Part shown: in pieces, positions 39,204 through 52,099 of the stretch | Layout of the letters: every line of letters begins with the position of its first letter | Position numbering within the stretch: the first letter of the stretch is position 1 | NCBI RefSeq assembly: GCF_006345805.1 | Contig: NC_043011.1 | Coordinates: 38,080,464-38,144,463 of the forward strand | DNA length: 64,000 nt | Direction of reading: 5' to 3' | DNA from: Octopus sinensis | Lineage: Eukaryota | Made by a program: the position numbers and the translations under genes | The notes under the pieces: generated by a model | Database searches by the model: none | Seen by the model: the letters and a program-made list of their open reading frames with translations, nothing else | What the model was told of the DNA's origin: nothing

Positions 39204-39205
<2 letters not shown>
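38700..39205. mobile_element. PLE-terminus-derived composite with an ~85-bp direct repeat and an HHR-like motif
   Basis: 38708-38790 repeated at 38920-39003; 38840-38908 matches PLE terminus 35168-35235; HHR-like motif at 39153-39199 (-). Confidence 0.6.
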
Positions 39206-39243
<38 letters not shown>

Positions 39244-40104
39244 GTATGTATGTATATATATATATATATACGTGTGTGTGTGTGTGTGTGTGTCTGTGTC
39301 TGTGTGTCTGTGTGTGGGTCTGTATGTGTGTGTATGTATACATATATACATGATAGCTGTCTACTTGTTACACAAGCATGACCATCATTGACAGATGTGT
39401 CAACAATGTCCGTGTTAGCCAAATTAAATCGAGCAGTGTTTGTATAACACCATAGCGACTCTCATTACCAGCACGAAGAAACTCACGGTAGAGCAGCAGA
39501 TTTTATATGTGTTAGCCGCCTCCTGCCAAGAGCGTTGTCAAAGACCAGTTGCAATTTGGTGAATAGATTTTTCTTTTAAATATTATTTTTCATTAAATAT
39601 AGAATTCTCTATGTCATACTTAACACGGATATACAGAGTCGTAAGTGTGGAATTCGTTTCGGGAAAGCAACTCGTGGTGACATATAATATTAGAAATACG
39701 AAAATGTATTAGTGACAGACGAACTAATAATGATTATGTAGCTAATAATGGAATTTTATGCAGCTTCCAGGTTAATTACGTCGCCATTGTTTAGTTAAAC
39801 CACTGCTATCTTGTGTCAGTGAATCATAAATTAGATCTAGTATGCGGTTGCTGGTTGATGATTGCTACCAATGATGCTCAAAGCTGCAGAAATACGTTTT
39901 TCGTAATTTCACTACCGCTACAACACATTTTTGACTACTTTATTCGTAAATACATATGAACATCCCTACGTGCACTAACGAGGAGATAATTAATAGAATT
40001 TCTTACGACGCTCGAGATACCTTCACGCATATAAATGTACTTTCGCACAATACAGTGAGAATGAATTTTGAGTAACCGTTAACTTAATTTACTTTAAGGT
40101 ATAC

Positions 40105-40472
40105 TCTCTTTTTACTCTTTTTACTTGTTTCAGTCATTTGACTGCGGCCATGCTGGAGCACCGCCATTAGTCGAGCAAATCGACCCCGGGACTTGTTCTT
40201 TGTAAGCCGCTAAGTGACGGGGACGTAAACACACCAGCATCGGTTGTCAAGCAATGCTAGGGAGACAGACACACAAACACACACACACTTATATATATAT
40301 ACATATATACGACAGGCTTCTTTCAGTTTCCGTCTACCAAATCCACTCACAAGGTATTAGTCGGCCCGGGGCTATAGCAGAAGACACTTGCCCAAGATGC
40401 CACGCAGTGGGACTGAACCCGGAACCATGTGGTTGGTTAGCAAGCTACTTACCACACAGCCACTCCTGTGCC
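40105..40472 (-). mobile_element. SINE family C
   Basis: Matches 20575-20981. Confidence 0.88.
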
Positions 40473-40937
40473 TATGGATGACTTAAGTTTACTTTTAACC
40501 TCCCCATTCTTATAAAAACCAAGTAGATAATAAACTCGCTTTGTGATCATGAGTGAACCAAACCTCACGTGTGCCTATCCTCATATTTTTGCGGACGCTT
40601 GTATGAGCGAGTGTACTCGTGCCATGTATCTTGCCCGAAGGCATTTATACATCCATATGTTAACGATTATTTTTAATATTTTTTCTGGCTGGATTGCGTG
40701 TTCATTTCTCTTTTTGCCATCTGTGATTTTATTTTTGATCTTCTATATAAATGAAGATATTTCCACCGTCTCGCTGCTTTTATCTCTACAAAACGAAATG
40801 TTACATTACGCAACAGCCATTTCAACGAGTTGTATAACGATCTGTTTTCGTAGCTTTTTTCAGATGGCCAGATAACCGAAGAGATATGGTGCGGATTTCC
40901 ACCTCAGCTACCGAATAATTGTCACATATTATTTTAC

Positions 40938-40969
<32 letters not shown>

Positions 40970-40972
<3 letters not shown>

Positions 40973-41828
40973 TTTTAGTCTAACATATAGTATATACTAG
41001 ACTAAAAATTATCTGTACATTCAATTTGGCTGAAATTCTTGGTTGGGCTATGTGGCTGAATTGGGTGTGTACGGAGCCATGTAAGCATTGATGTGATGCT
41101 CAATTCCCAGTGGTTAGGCCCCTTTTTTTCAGTCAATTGTTTAGGTTTAATCGCTCTAAATGGAGCATATATTATTATATGAAATTATATGATTACAATT
41201 CTTATATATATATGTGTGCGTGTGGGGGTGCAATTGCCCAGTGGTTAGGGCAGCGGACTCGCGGTCATAGGATCGCTGTTTCTATTCCCAGACCGGGTGT
41301 TGTGAGTGTTAATTGAGGGAAAAAACCTAAACCTCCACGAGGTTCCGGCACAGGGTGGTGGCGAACCCTGATGTACTCTTTCACCACAACTTTCTCTCAC
41401 CCTTTCTTCCTGTTTCTCTTGTACTTTTCTTTCAGAAGGCCAGCATGTGTTTGGAAAGCCATCTTCCTACGACGCAGCAATTTATAAAAAAATATACATA
41501 TGAATATGCATGTACATATATATGTACATACCTGTATGTATGTACGTTTGTGAGTGTGTGTGTTTATGTGCGTGTGTATGTGCGTTGCTGTTACAGGTGA
41601 CTGCTTTTACGTTAGTTAATGTTTGTCAGGAAAAACAAACATCTATTGTTATAATCACAACGAATTTTCTAATCGAGTGTATACAAGCCGGGAGACGTTC
41701 ATATAAACGAGGAACAATAATGATGACATGTAATCTGACGTGTCATATTACGCTGTACCGCCATAGTTCTTGATGTCGTTTGACCATTATATACATAGTT
41801 ATCTCAATACTAGCATTAGGTATATACA

Positions 41829-41877
<49 letters not shown>

Positions 41878-42732
41878 CAGTTTTAGTCTAACATATAGTA
41901 TATACTAGACTAAAAATTATCTGTACATTCAATTTGGCTGAAATTCTTGGTTGGGCTATGTGGCTGAATTGGGTGTGTACGGAGCCATGTAAGCATTGAT
42001 GTGATGCTCAATTCCCAGTGGTTAGGCCCCTTTTTTTCAGTCAATTGTTTAGGTTTAATCGCTCTAAATGGAGCATATATTATTATATGAAATTATATGA
42101 TTACAATTCTTATATATATATGTGTGCGTGTGGGGGTGCAATTGCCCAGTGGTTAGGGCAGCGGACTCGCGGTCATAGGATCGCTGTTTCTATTCCCAGA
42201 CCGGGTGTTGTGAGTGTTAATTGAGCGAAAAAACCTAAACCTCCACGAGGTTCCGGCACAGGGTGGTGGCGAACCCTGATGTACTCTTTCACCACAACTT
42301 TCTCTCACCCTTTCTTCCTGTTTCTCTTGTACTTTTCTTTCAGAAGGCCAGCATGTGTTTGGAAAGCCATCTTCCTACGACGCAGCAATTTATAAAAAAA
42401 TATACATATGAATATGCATGTACATATATATGTACATACCTGTATGTATGTACGTTTGTGAGTGTGTGTGTTTATGTGCGTGTGTATGTGCGTTGCTGTT
42501 ACAGGTGACTGCTTTTACGTTAGTTAATGTTTGTCAGGAAAAACAAACATCTATTGTTATAATCACAACGAATTTTCTAATCGAGTGTATACAAGCCGGG
42601 AGACGTTCATATAAACGAGGAACAATAATGATGACATGTAATCTGACGTGTCATATTACGCTGTACCGCCATAGTTCTTGATGTCGTTTGACCATTATAT
42701 ACATAGTTATCTCAATACTAGCATTAGGTATA

Positions 42733-42790
<58 letters not shown>
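40970..42790. repeat. 908-bp near-identical tandem duplication containing a head A SINE
   Basis: ORF pairs 41110/42018, 41355/42263 and 41510/42418 are all offset by 908; one G/C difference seen at 41318/42226. Confidence 0.95.
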
Positions 42791-42794
<4 letters not shown>

Positions 42795-42915
42795 ATAGAG
42801 GGCATTATTACACATAAATGCCTCACACTAGGAGGGACAAAGTCATTACTACCAAAATTATACTAATCATACCCAAATGCAGTTTTTCAAAGCAAGACAT
42901 TTAAAAAATGAATTT

Positions 42916-42973
42916 AGTTCTGTATCACCGTGATTTCACATTCAACTTACGTCTAATGATCGTCAGCAGAACT
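42916..42973 (-). ncRNA. Type I hammerhead ribozyme, copy 1
   Basis: AGTTCTG|CTGACGA|T-CATT-A-GAC-GTAA-GTT-G-AATG-T|GAAA|TCAC-G-GTGA|T|A|CAGAACT: 7-bp perfect stem I, intact core, GNRA-capped stem II, AUA triplet. Confidence 0.85.
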
Positions 42974-43395
42974 GATTCTGAACACATCATAAGTAAACTA
43001 CCAACCTTACGTAGCGAAGACGAACAGACAACTGCTCACTCCGGCCAAGCACATGGAATGTTTATAAATCATATATCCGGTAAATGGCGGGCTTTTTACG
43101 AACTGCATGTCGGGTAATGAAAAGTATTTCGGAATAAGTTTAACAATTAAGGATAATCTCTTAATAAGGGATCTTAACAAGAAATTATCGGGTAGCTAGC
43201 GTGAAAACCTCATAAAAGAAAAGAATTCGAAAATAATTTTTTTCTTTTGAACAAATTAATTATATCTATATTGTATAGAGGGCATTATTACACATAAATG
43301 CCTCACACTAGGAGGGACAAAGTCATTACTACCAAAATTATACTAATCATACCCAAATGCAGTTTTTCAAAGCAAGACATTTAAAAAATGAATTT

Positions 43396-43453
43396 AGTTC
43401 TGTATCACCGTGATTTCACATTCAACTTACGTCTAATGATCGTCAGCAGAACT
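43396..43453 (-). ncRNA. Type I hammerhead ribozyme, copy 2
   Basis: Identical to 42916-42973, offset by exactly 480. Confidence 0.85.
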
Positions 43454-44338
43454 GATTCTGAAACATCATAAATAAACTACCAACCTTACGTAGCGAAGAC
43501 GAACAGACAACTGCTCACTCCGGCCAAGCACATGGAATGTTTATAAATCATATATCCGGTAAATGGCGGGCTTTTTACGAACTGCATGTCGGGTAATGAA
43601 AAGTATTTCGGAATAAGTTTAACAATTAAGGATAATCTCTTAATAAGGGATCTTAACAAGAAATTATCGGGTAGCTAGCGTGAAAACCTCATAATATATA
43701 TATATATATATACGGAGACATTTAAGTGTCATAACTGTGTAGTATTTAAATGCAGCTGCATAATGTTTCCATTGAATAAGTCCACATTCAGTAATGAACC
43801 AAAAGACACTTATACGTTTCTGCCTTTCTTGATTGATATGGTATCATTGCTTCGTAGATTATTGATAACTTGAAGCATTTTCTGACTACAATTCTCTTTA
43901 GTTCTGTAATTATATCGGCTACTTCTGTGTTAATGATCGCTACTTCAGAACTAGCTCATTATTAGCATTGTAACGTATTTCGTACCGTCTTCGCTTATCT
44001 TGACGTTGTTTTTATTAAGTATCATTCGTGAGTTGTGCCTTTCAAGTAGTTGTGAGGCTGTGCTTAGAGAACGTTCGTGGGAATTTAGTGCGACGTTATC
44101 TATTTTGATTTACATGCTTGCTCTGAAATTGAGTAACGAGTTCGATAACTTGTGCGTTATTCTGGATACTCAGCACAGCAACTAAACCGCCTTTTCTTTC
44201 CTTAACTAGTTACAGATCCAAAGCTGCCACTAAAAGAATTATCTTAATAAGTTGACGAAAGAGAGCAAGCGAGAAAGCTCCGCACCGTAGTGAGACAAGC
44301 TCACAAGTGAGGAAGCAGTTATACCCATGTTTACCTGA

Positions 44339-44376
44339 TTTCGAACAGTGATGCGTTGCATCTCAGTTCTCGTCAG
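44339..44376 (-). ncRNA. Partial hammerhead motif (core, stem II and GAAA only)
   Basis: CTGACGA|GAAC-TGA-GATGC-AAC-GCATC-ACT-GTTC|GAAA; stems I and III not found. Confidence 0.45.
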
Positions 44377-44428
44377 GGAGTCTTACTGCACCTGAGGTAC
44401 CGCTGCCCTAACCTCTGGGCCATTGCGC

Positions 44429-45120
<692 letters not shown>

Positions 45121-45142
45121 GTGTGTGTGTGTGTGTGTGTGT

Positions 45143-45447
45143 GGAGGCACAATGACCCAGTAGTTAGGGCAGTGGACTCGCGGTCGTAGGATCGCGGTTT
45201 CGATTCACAGACTGGGCGTTGTGAGTGTTTATTGAGCAAAAACACCTAAGAGCTCCACGACTCTCCGACAGGGGCTGGTGCGATCCCTGCTGTACGCTTT
45301 CGCTACAACTTTCTCTCACTCTTTCTTCTGTTGGCCGGCTCACTTAGCCAGCAGAGTGGCGTCATTTGAAGGCTAAAACAATGCGAAGCGCATTGTGATC
45401 AGCGATGTGTAGTAACATCTGATAGCCTGGTCGGTCACGTGATCACG

Positions 45448-45452
<5 letters not shown>
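45143..45452 (+). mobile_element. SINE head A + tail T3
   Basis: GGAGGCACAATGACCCAGTAGTTAGGGCAG head; GGCTAAAACAATGCGAAGCG tail. Confidence 0.85.
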
Positions 45453-45492
<40 letters not shown>

Positions 45493-46336
45493 CATGGGGT
45501 GGAAATAGCACATAATTAAGTTTAAGACATTTCGGTTTGAGAGGGAATTTAATAAAAGTTTGTATAAATAAAAATATTAATATTTAAGGATTGGATTTAT
45601 TTCATCCTATCAAATATTAGGAAAAATCATAAAAATTTGGAAAGTTTGCAGTAAAAACAATCTCTCTTCAGTCTGGTGGTCAAAAATATGCTTGGAATTT
45701 CTTCTTTGAAGTCTTGTTTAAATTTAGTTTGTTGTAGAGATCAAAGTGTTAGAGAGTGAGAGAAGGGGTGTCCATTGTCTAAAAGAAATCTTTGTGTGTT
45801 CCTGTCAAGGGAATGTCTAAAAATCACTTATTGAATGGGTTTTATGTCCACCTGTGTGTGTGAGGGTATGTGTGTGTGTGTATTGTGTTTAATGTCATTT
45901 CAATATGTTTTGGAAAATAACCAGCGATGAGATCATGAGTGTGTATGCTGTGAAGAATTTCTGTTGAAAATAGTTAGGATTTTTCTTTGGTTTAGTTGTA
46001 TTCTTTTGAATGCCTCCACCTGTGTGCGTCTGTGATGTTTACTTTTGTATGTATGTGTGTATGTGTGTGTACAGAGTTATATGTGTGAATGTGTGTTTTC
46101 TTTTGTATGCATGTGTGTGTGTTTGTGATGTTTATAATGTACGTGAGTGTATGTGTTTTTGTGATGTTTTTTGTGTTTGTGTGTATGTTTGCGTGTGTGA
46201 ATTTGTGTGTGTGTTTGTTTGTGTGTGTGTGTGTAGGTGTATGTTGGCATATATGTATGCTGAAAAAAGATTTAGTAGATGATAGGAAGTATTTTGTAAA
46301 AAATTATAATTATATGTATAAAATGGTAATACAGTG

Positions 46337-46473
46337 TATAAAACCTTCAAAATCAAGTTAAATCTCACCTATCTACGAACTCACGTGCAATTGTTGCCAA
46401 AATAATTACATATGTCACACGGGTAGATCGTTACGCAACAGAATGACGACCCATCGCCAACAGATCTCTAATC
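46337..46473 (+). mobile_element. GIY-YIG endonuclease remnant (PLE)
   Basis: CNCCQNNYICHTGRSLRNRMTTHRQQISN resembles C..C...YIG.T.R.L..R...HR..I. Confidence 0.6.
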
Positions 46474-46807
46474 TTTTTTCAATTATGTATATGTATGTGT
46501 GTATCATGTACTCTTCCGTCGTTAGCCGACGTATCAGGGTTCGCCAATTTCTTGCCGAACGACCACATAAATGATTTGCTTAGAGTGATCAAGTGTTTGT
46601 AGACACATGTGCTTACTCCCTCAATCAAACTGACATTACCTGTACACGTGTACAGTATGGTACATATGAGATGATGAAATGGTTGTACAGCAACCTAAAA
46701 TGAAGTGCTTTGCTCAAGAACACAACGCCACGTCTGGTCTCAGAATCGAACCAACGATCTCGCAGTCGCGAGAGCGACATCTTAACCAGTAAACCATGCG
46801 CCTTAAC

Positions 46808-46844
<37 letters not shown>

Positions 46845-46950
46845 TATATATATATATATATATATAATTGATGACAGAAATGGAAGATTTAGTTAAATCT
46901 GTATTCTATTCAGCACCTTGATCATTTAAACCCATCCTACAGCTGTCCCA

Positions 46951-47208
46951 GTGGCGGCGCGTCGCTTAGTGGATAGGATGTCAGCATCATGATCGTAAGA
47001 TTGTGGTTTCGATTCCTGGACCGGGCGATGCGTTGTGTTCTTGAGCAACACACTTCATTTCACGTTGCTCCAGTCCACTCAGCTGGCAAAAATGAGTAAC
47101 GCTGCGACGGACTGGCATCCCGTCCAGCTGGGGGGAACACATACGCCATAGAAACGGGGAAACCGGGCTCATGAGCCTGGCTAGGCTTTAAAAGGACGCA
47201 TTTGTTTT
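46951..47208 (+). mobile_element. Full-length CORE-like SINE head B + tail T2
   Basis: TSD TACAGCTGTC(C/T)CA at 46938-46950 and 47209-47221; the last 30 bp are tandemly duplicated. Confidence 0.85.
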
Positions 47209-47709
47209 TACAGCTGTCTCAGAGGACGCATTTGTTTTTACAGCTGTCTCAATGCATACCCTGTCACTTCAGGTTCTTGGTGTAAAAAGTAATATCGCAC
47301 TAGATATACCTTCTGTCAGTGTATCTACATACAATGAGCGAGAACAACATGTGAGGGAGAACTCTGTATATCTGAACCATGAACTGACTCAAACGTATAT
47401 CGAAAACAACTGTGAGCCTATAATAAATACATAAATGCATATATGCCATTCGTTCTCTATATTTTATGTGCCACTCTGTAAAAATATAGCATTTTAACTG
47501 GGTAATGGAAGCATAGATGAACAAATTTGACGTGATGGACTTTGATATCGGATTACCTGGAGTACAAGATTGATGTCAAGACTTTTTTGTTAGCCTGGTG
47601 TAGTTTTATTTGTGGAGAGCTTAAGCAGTATTTCATTTCGATTACTAATACCTTATTAATCTTCATATATATATTAATATATATGTATGTAAGTATGTAT
47701 GTATGTATC

Positions 47710-47814
<105 letters not shown>

Positions 47815-48639
47815 TACATAGATAGATAGATAGATAGATGGATATATAAATAGATTGTGCTGTGTTCTTTCAGTGCATAGGTAAGTGCATTCATATATAA
47901 CTGTGTGTGTGCGTGTATGTGTGTGTACGTGTATATACGGATATGTGTGTACATGTATGTATATATATATACATGCATACGTAAGAATGCATATATGCAT
48001 GTATATATGTATGTATATATGTATGTATTCATGTATTTATTAGAGAGAGAGATAGCTAGATCTGCAACGAATTCAAAACAACTTTCCTTCGTATTCGCAT
48101 ATAATACCAACTAATTGATTTAGAATGAATTTACATATAATATATTGCATTCGATACGATTATGCATTGTCTTCCTCGATTAAGATAAGTCGATGAACGC
48201 TCTAAGTTTGACCTGTCAACCAACGTATGATTTGGCATTATTTAAACTGAGATTGAAGTTCCCAGAGTCATATCCTAAAGCTATATCTATAGCAAAGTTT
48301 ACAATTTCAAATATTAATAAATTGCTTTGATGAATACATGGACATGACTTGGTAAGTTTGGAGTATAAGCGATTGAAATATTTCCATTAAATATCGGGTC
48401 TTCTTGAATCTACTCAGGAACGATCGGAGAGAGGGATGATTTATTTAGTTGATTGTTCTTGTAGAAATGGCAGTCAAATCTCCTTTACACTATATCTGTT
48501 CTTTTAGATAAGAACGTAGCCCAAGGTATACGAAAAGGCCTGATGTTCTCTATCAAAAATATCTTTGATCATGCATTTGGTCGACTAGGGGCTGGACTTA
48601 ATTTTTATATGATTGTTGTCCCAAACCAAGCTTAAGTTA

Positions 48640-49700
48640 ATTGAAGTGTAAGTAACCAAAAAGTATAAATAGATAAGGCCTACAAATTCAAAAGATAACA
48701 CTTGACAGAAGGCTGCATAACCTCGACCGGGGAAAAACAAGATAAATGTAGCGAGTTCCAAAGTGCAGCAATTCGAGTAAAGAGGCTTTTGGAATGGAAA
48801 AAAATAACTAATTGGAACCTCAATATAGAAACGATATGCCTGGAAAGAGAAGGGATTGATGAATTTAAAGTTCTTGACAGGGGGCATTAAACTAGAAAGC
48901 TCATCAGAGCAATGACCAGGGAAATACTCATTTGATGATGGGCCAAAAAAAAACCGACCAAGTAGAAATAAGACCCTCTATGTTGAAAAAACTCGATCCT
49001 GAATCCGATCCAGCAAGTTAGTATGCTTGACCTGATTCAAAATCGACATTCGGTGGAGGAACCATCCCAAGGATGGTAATAATATTTAATGCAAAATCGA
49101 ATGGAGGCATCATAGAGATACAGAGTACGCCCAGATGTCAAAAGCTTGCGAGTACGGGAGAGAGCCAATGTTCTCAGCAGCTAACGCGGCAATAAACTGA
49201 ACATGTTTGTTCCAAGAGATTGTTTGGCCAAACACTGACATGCATGTCGGATTCTGTAACTTTCTGGAATAACTGAATAATAGTCAAGACATCATCGATT
49301 TTAAACTACACCACAGTAGAGATTCAGAATTGAGACAATGAGAACTAAATAAAAATAAATAAGGTTCCCCTACCCGCAAATTAACATCATCTAATAACAT
49401 AACTAATTCTCGTTCAAATGATTTCAAAATGTATAAAAGCTAAATATATATTGGGTATGCCAGTTATAATGACAATGTGTTGTTTAAAGGGCCACGGTAT
49501 CAACCCGACTCGACACCTTCCCACATGCCTAGAGTAAAAAATCACTGAAGTGCTGGAGAATGTTACACAAGAGAAGCTATAGCGTGTTTGGCAGGAGCCA
49601 GCCTCCCGACTTGACGTGTGTCGTGTCACTGTCGGAGAGCATATTGAATATTGGTGAAGTGTTGCAAAATCGGTTATAAAATCTACACCCCTGAGAATCT
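48640..49700 (-). mobile_element. Degenerate L2/CR1-group LINE 3' remnant
   Basis: SDELSSLMPP and SLFTRIAALWNSL..SCF on the minus strand; the left boundary is better supported than the right. Confidence 0.5.
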
Positions 49701-50009
49701 CTTGTTGAAATTTTGATAAATGTTCTATCGAAGCCTATATAATTTCATTTTGCCTCAGAAATATAGATATATAAAGTAAATAGACATGAAACCTATTAAA
49801 TTTCGTTTCTGTTTGACAAATAGTTACTCAGATACTCACATTTCAAATGATGTCAGTTTCTTTGGGGAAACCCTACATATTTACTCTTTACTCTTTTACT
49901 TGTTTCAATCATGTGACTGTGGCCATGCTTCCGCCTTTAGACGAGCAAATCGACCCCAGGATGTATTCTTTGTAAGCCTAATATGTATTCTATTTTTCTT
50001 TTTTTTTTT

Positions 50010-50453
50010 TTATTGCCCACAAGGGGCTAAACATAGAAGGGACAAACAAGGACAGACAAAGGGATTAATTCGATTACATCGACCCCAGTGCATAACTGTT
50101 ACTTAGTTTATCGACCCAGAAGGGATGACAGTCAAAGTCGACCTCGGCGGAATTTGAACTCAGAACGTAAAGACAGACGAAACACTGCTAAGCATCTCGC
50201 CCCACGTGCTAACATTTCTTATTTCTTTATTGCTCACAAGGGGCTAAACATAGAGGGGACAAACAAAAACAGACAAAGGGATTAAGTCGATTAGATCGAC
50301 ACCAGTGCGTAACTGGTACTTAATTTATCGACCCCGAAAGGATGAAAGGCAAAGTCGACCTAGGCGGAGTTTGAACTCAGAATGTAGCGGCAGACGAAAT
50401 ACGGCTACGCATTTCGCCCGGCGTGCAAACATTTCTGCCAGCTCGCCGCCTTA
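50010..50453 (-). mobile_element. Tandem SINE family D copies
   Basis: Two cores with GGGCTAAACATAGAGGGGACAAAC tails. Confidence 0.85.
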
Positions 50454-51171
50454 GCAATTAATAAATATTACTTTAAGGATAATAGTAATTTTAATTGCAC
50501 TCTATTTCTGTATATCATGTATAATTTAACGCTAAAAAGAAAGAAAAGATATGGCTTTTGAAATGAATTATTGTTTCGTACCTTACATAGATAATATCAA
50601 AATATATAGGCTGTAAATAAATTGTTCGGAAGAGCGTAAATCAACGAATTCTTGACACTTCCTAAAAGGCGAGAAAATGGTTTGTCATATAGCATCATAT
50701 TTGTGAGAAAAAATAACATATATCAACGAAACTGCGATCGAAGAGGTACAGGAATCCCTCATTTAAAGTAGGTGAACAATAGCGGAAAATAAACGAGGAA
50801 GAACAATAGTAGTGACATACGTGCATTAAAAATTTGACGCCAGTTTTGTAAATAAATTTCAACTACAATTTTTACGATGAATATCGCTGATTTCTTGGAC
50901 TTGGAATGTTTTTCTGTATTCGCTATTGTTCATTTTAACATTTCTGTCTACTTGCCATTATCAAAAATTTACAAATAGTTATTTATTAAGTTCATTAAAA
51001 TATCATGGAATTATAGAATCACGAAATAAAGTCTGGTCACATAAGAACGATGAAAATATGTCTGAGTATATCGTAATACAAATTTAGTATATATAGTTTA
51101 GATTATCTTCACTTTGGCCACCCCTCTTTCTGTTTTCCCTCTCTCTCTCTCGCTCTCATTGTTTCTATCTG

Positions 51172-51211
<40 letters not shown>

Positions 51212-52099
51212 TATGTATCTCTCAATATATATATATACATCAGTTTGTGTTGCAAAATTCCTGCTGTGAAGTCGTGTGTTAAAACAGATGTTGTATTTCG
51301 GGATGGTCATTTTTATCCCCTTTTTTTTTGCTAAATAAACACACGCATTATATATTTGTGTTTCACTCGTTTATTGTTGTTCTTATTTATTTTTTTAAAC
51401 TCATGTCCATTGTCAGGAAATCTTTTGTCACACATCTATTACCTCTTCAGGGGCACTTTTCGTTTTCGTGTGCGTTCTTGCTCCACTTACTACATTCTGT
51501 TCTTCTAAGATGTGTATCCTTATGTGTGCATGCGTGTGCGCCTGTGTTAGTGTGTGCATGTGTGAATGTGTGTATGTGTGTGTATACTTGTGTGTGTGAC
51601 ATTGTTCTCAGCAGCAGTAAAGCCTTCCCTCAGCTTTCTCCTCTCACCGCATTGTTCTGCTGCTGCCCTAAGACCCGGAAAATTTGGTACAGTTCCTGTA
51701 TCCCTCTGTTTTTGTGTTCGCCAACGGTGTTGCCATCGTGGTAGCTGTTATTGTTGTTGTTTCTGCAATCGTTATCACCGCCGCTGCTGCTGTCGTTGTA
51801 ATTCGTGTCGTTGATATTGTTGTAGCTGCCCGTGAAACTTCTTGTGTGTGTATTTGTGTGTAATGGTTTGCTTTGTATGTTCTTTTGTATTCATGCTCTT
51901 TATATAGATTTATTTATATATTCATTTTACCTATCCCTATTTCTTATAGTTATCACAGGCATGTGACAAATATATATATTTATCTATTTGTATATTATTT
52001 ATTCATTTATTTATATATATATATATATATTTCTTGTGTGTACCACAGGTAAATGCATATATGTCTATTGTGTGTGTATTACCCTGTATGTATCTGCGT

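Larger units (their letters stand above)
42791..43695 (-). mobile_element. Head-to-tail dimer (480-bp period) with one type I HHR per unit; candidate non-LTR retrozyme
   Basis: Units 42791-43215 and 43271-43694 with a 55-bp spacer, bounded by (TA)n; units differ by one indel and one substitution. Confidence 0.7.

Noticed and set aside
45500-45900. CUGAAGA-GAG..CUG-CAAA motif and an LDNGHP peptide on the minus strand
   Set aside because: GAAA and stem I are absent; too decayed to assign.
51600-51850. Asn/Thr-rich open frames on the minus strand
   Set aside because: Degenerate trinucleotide sequence.
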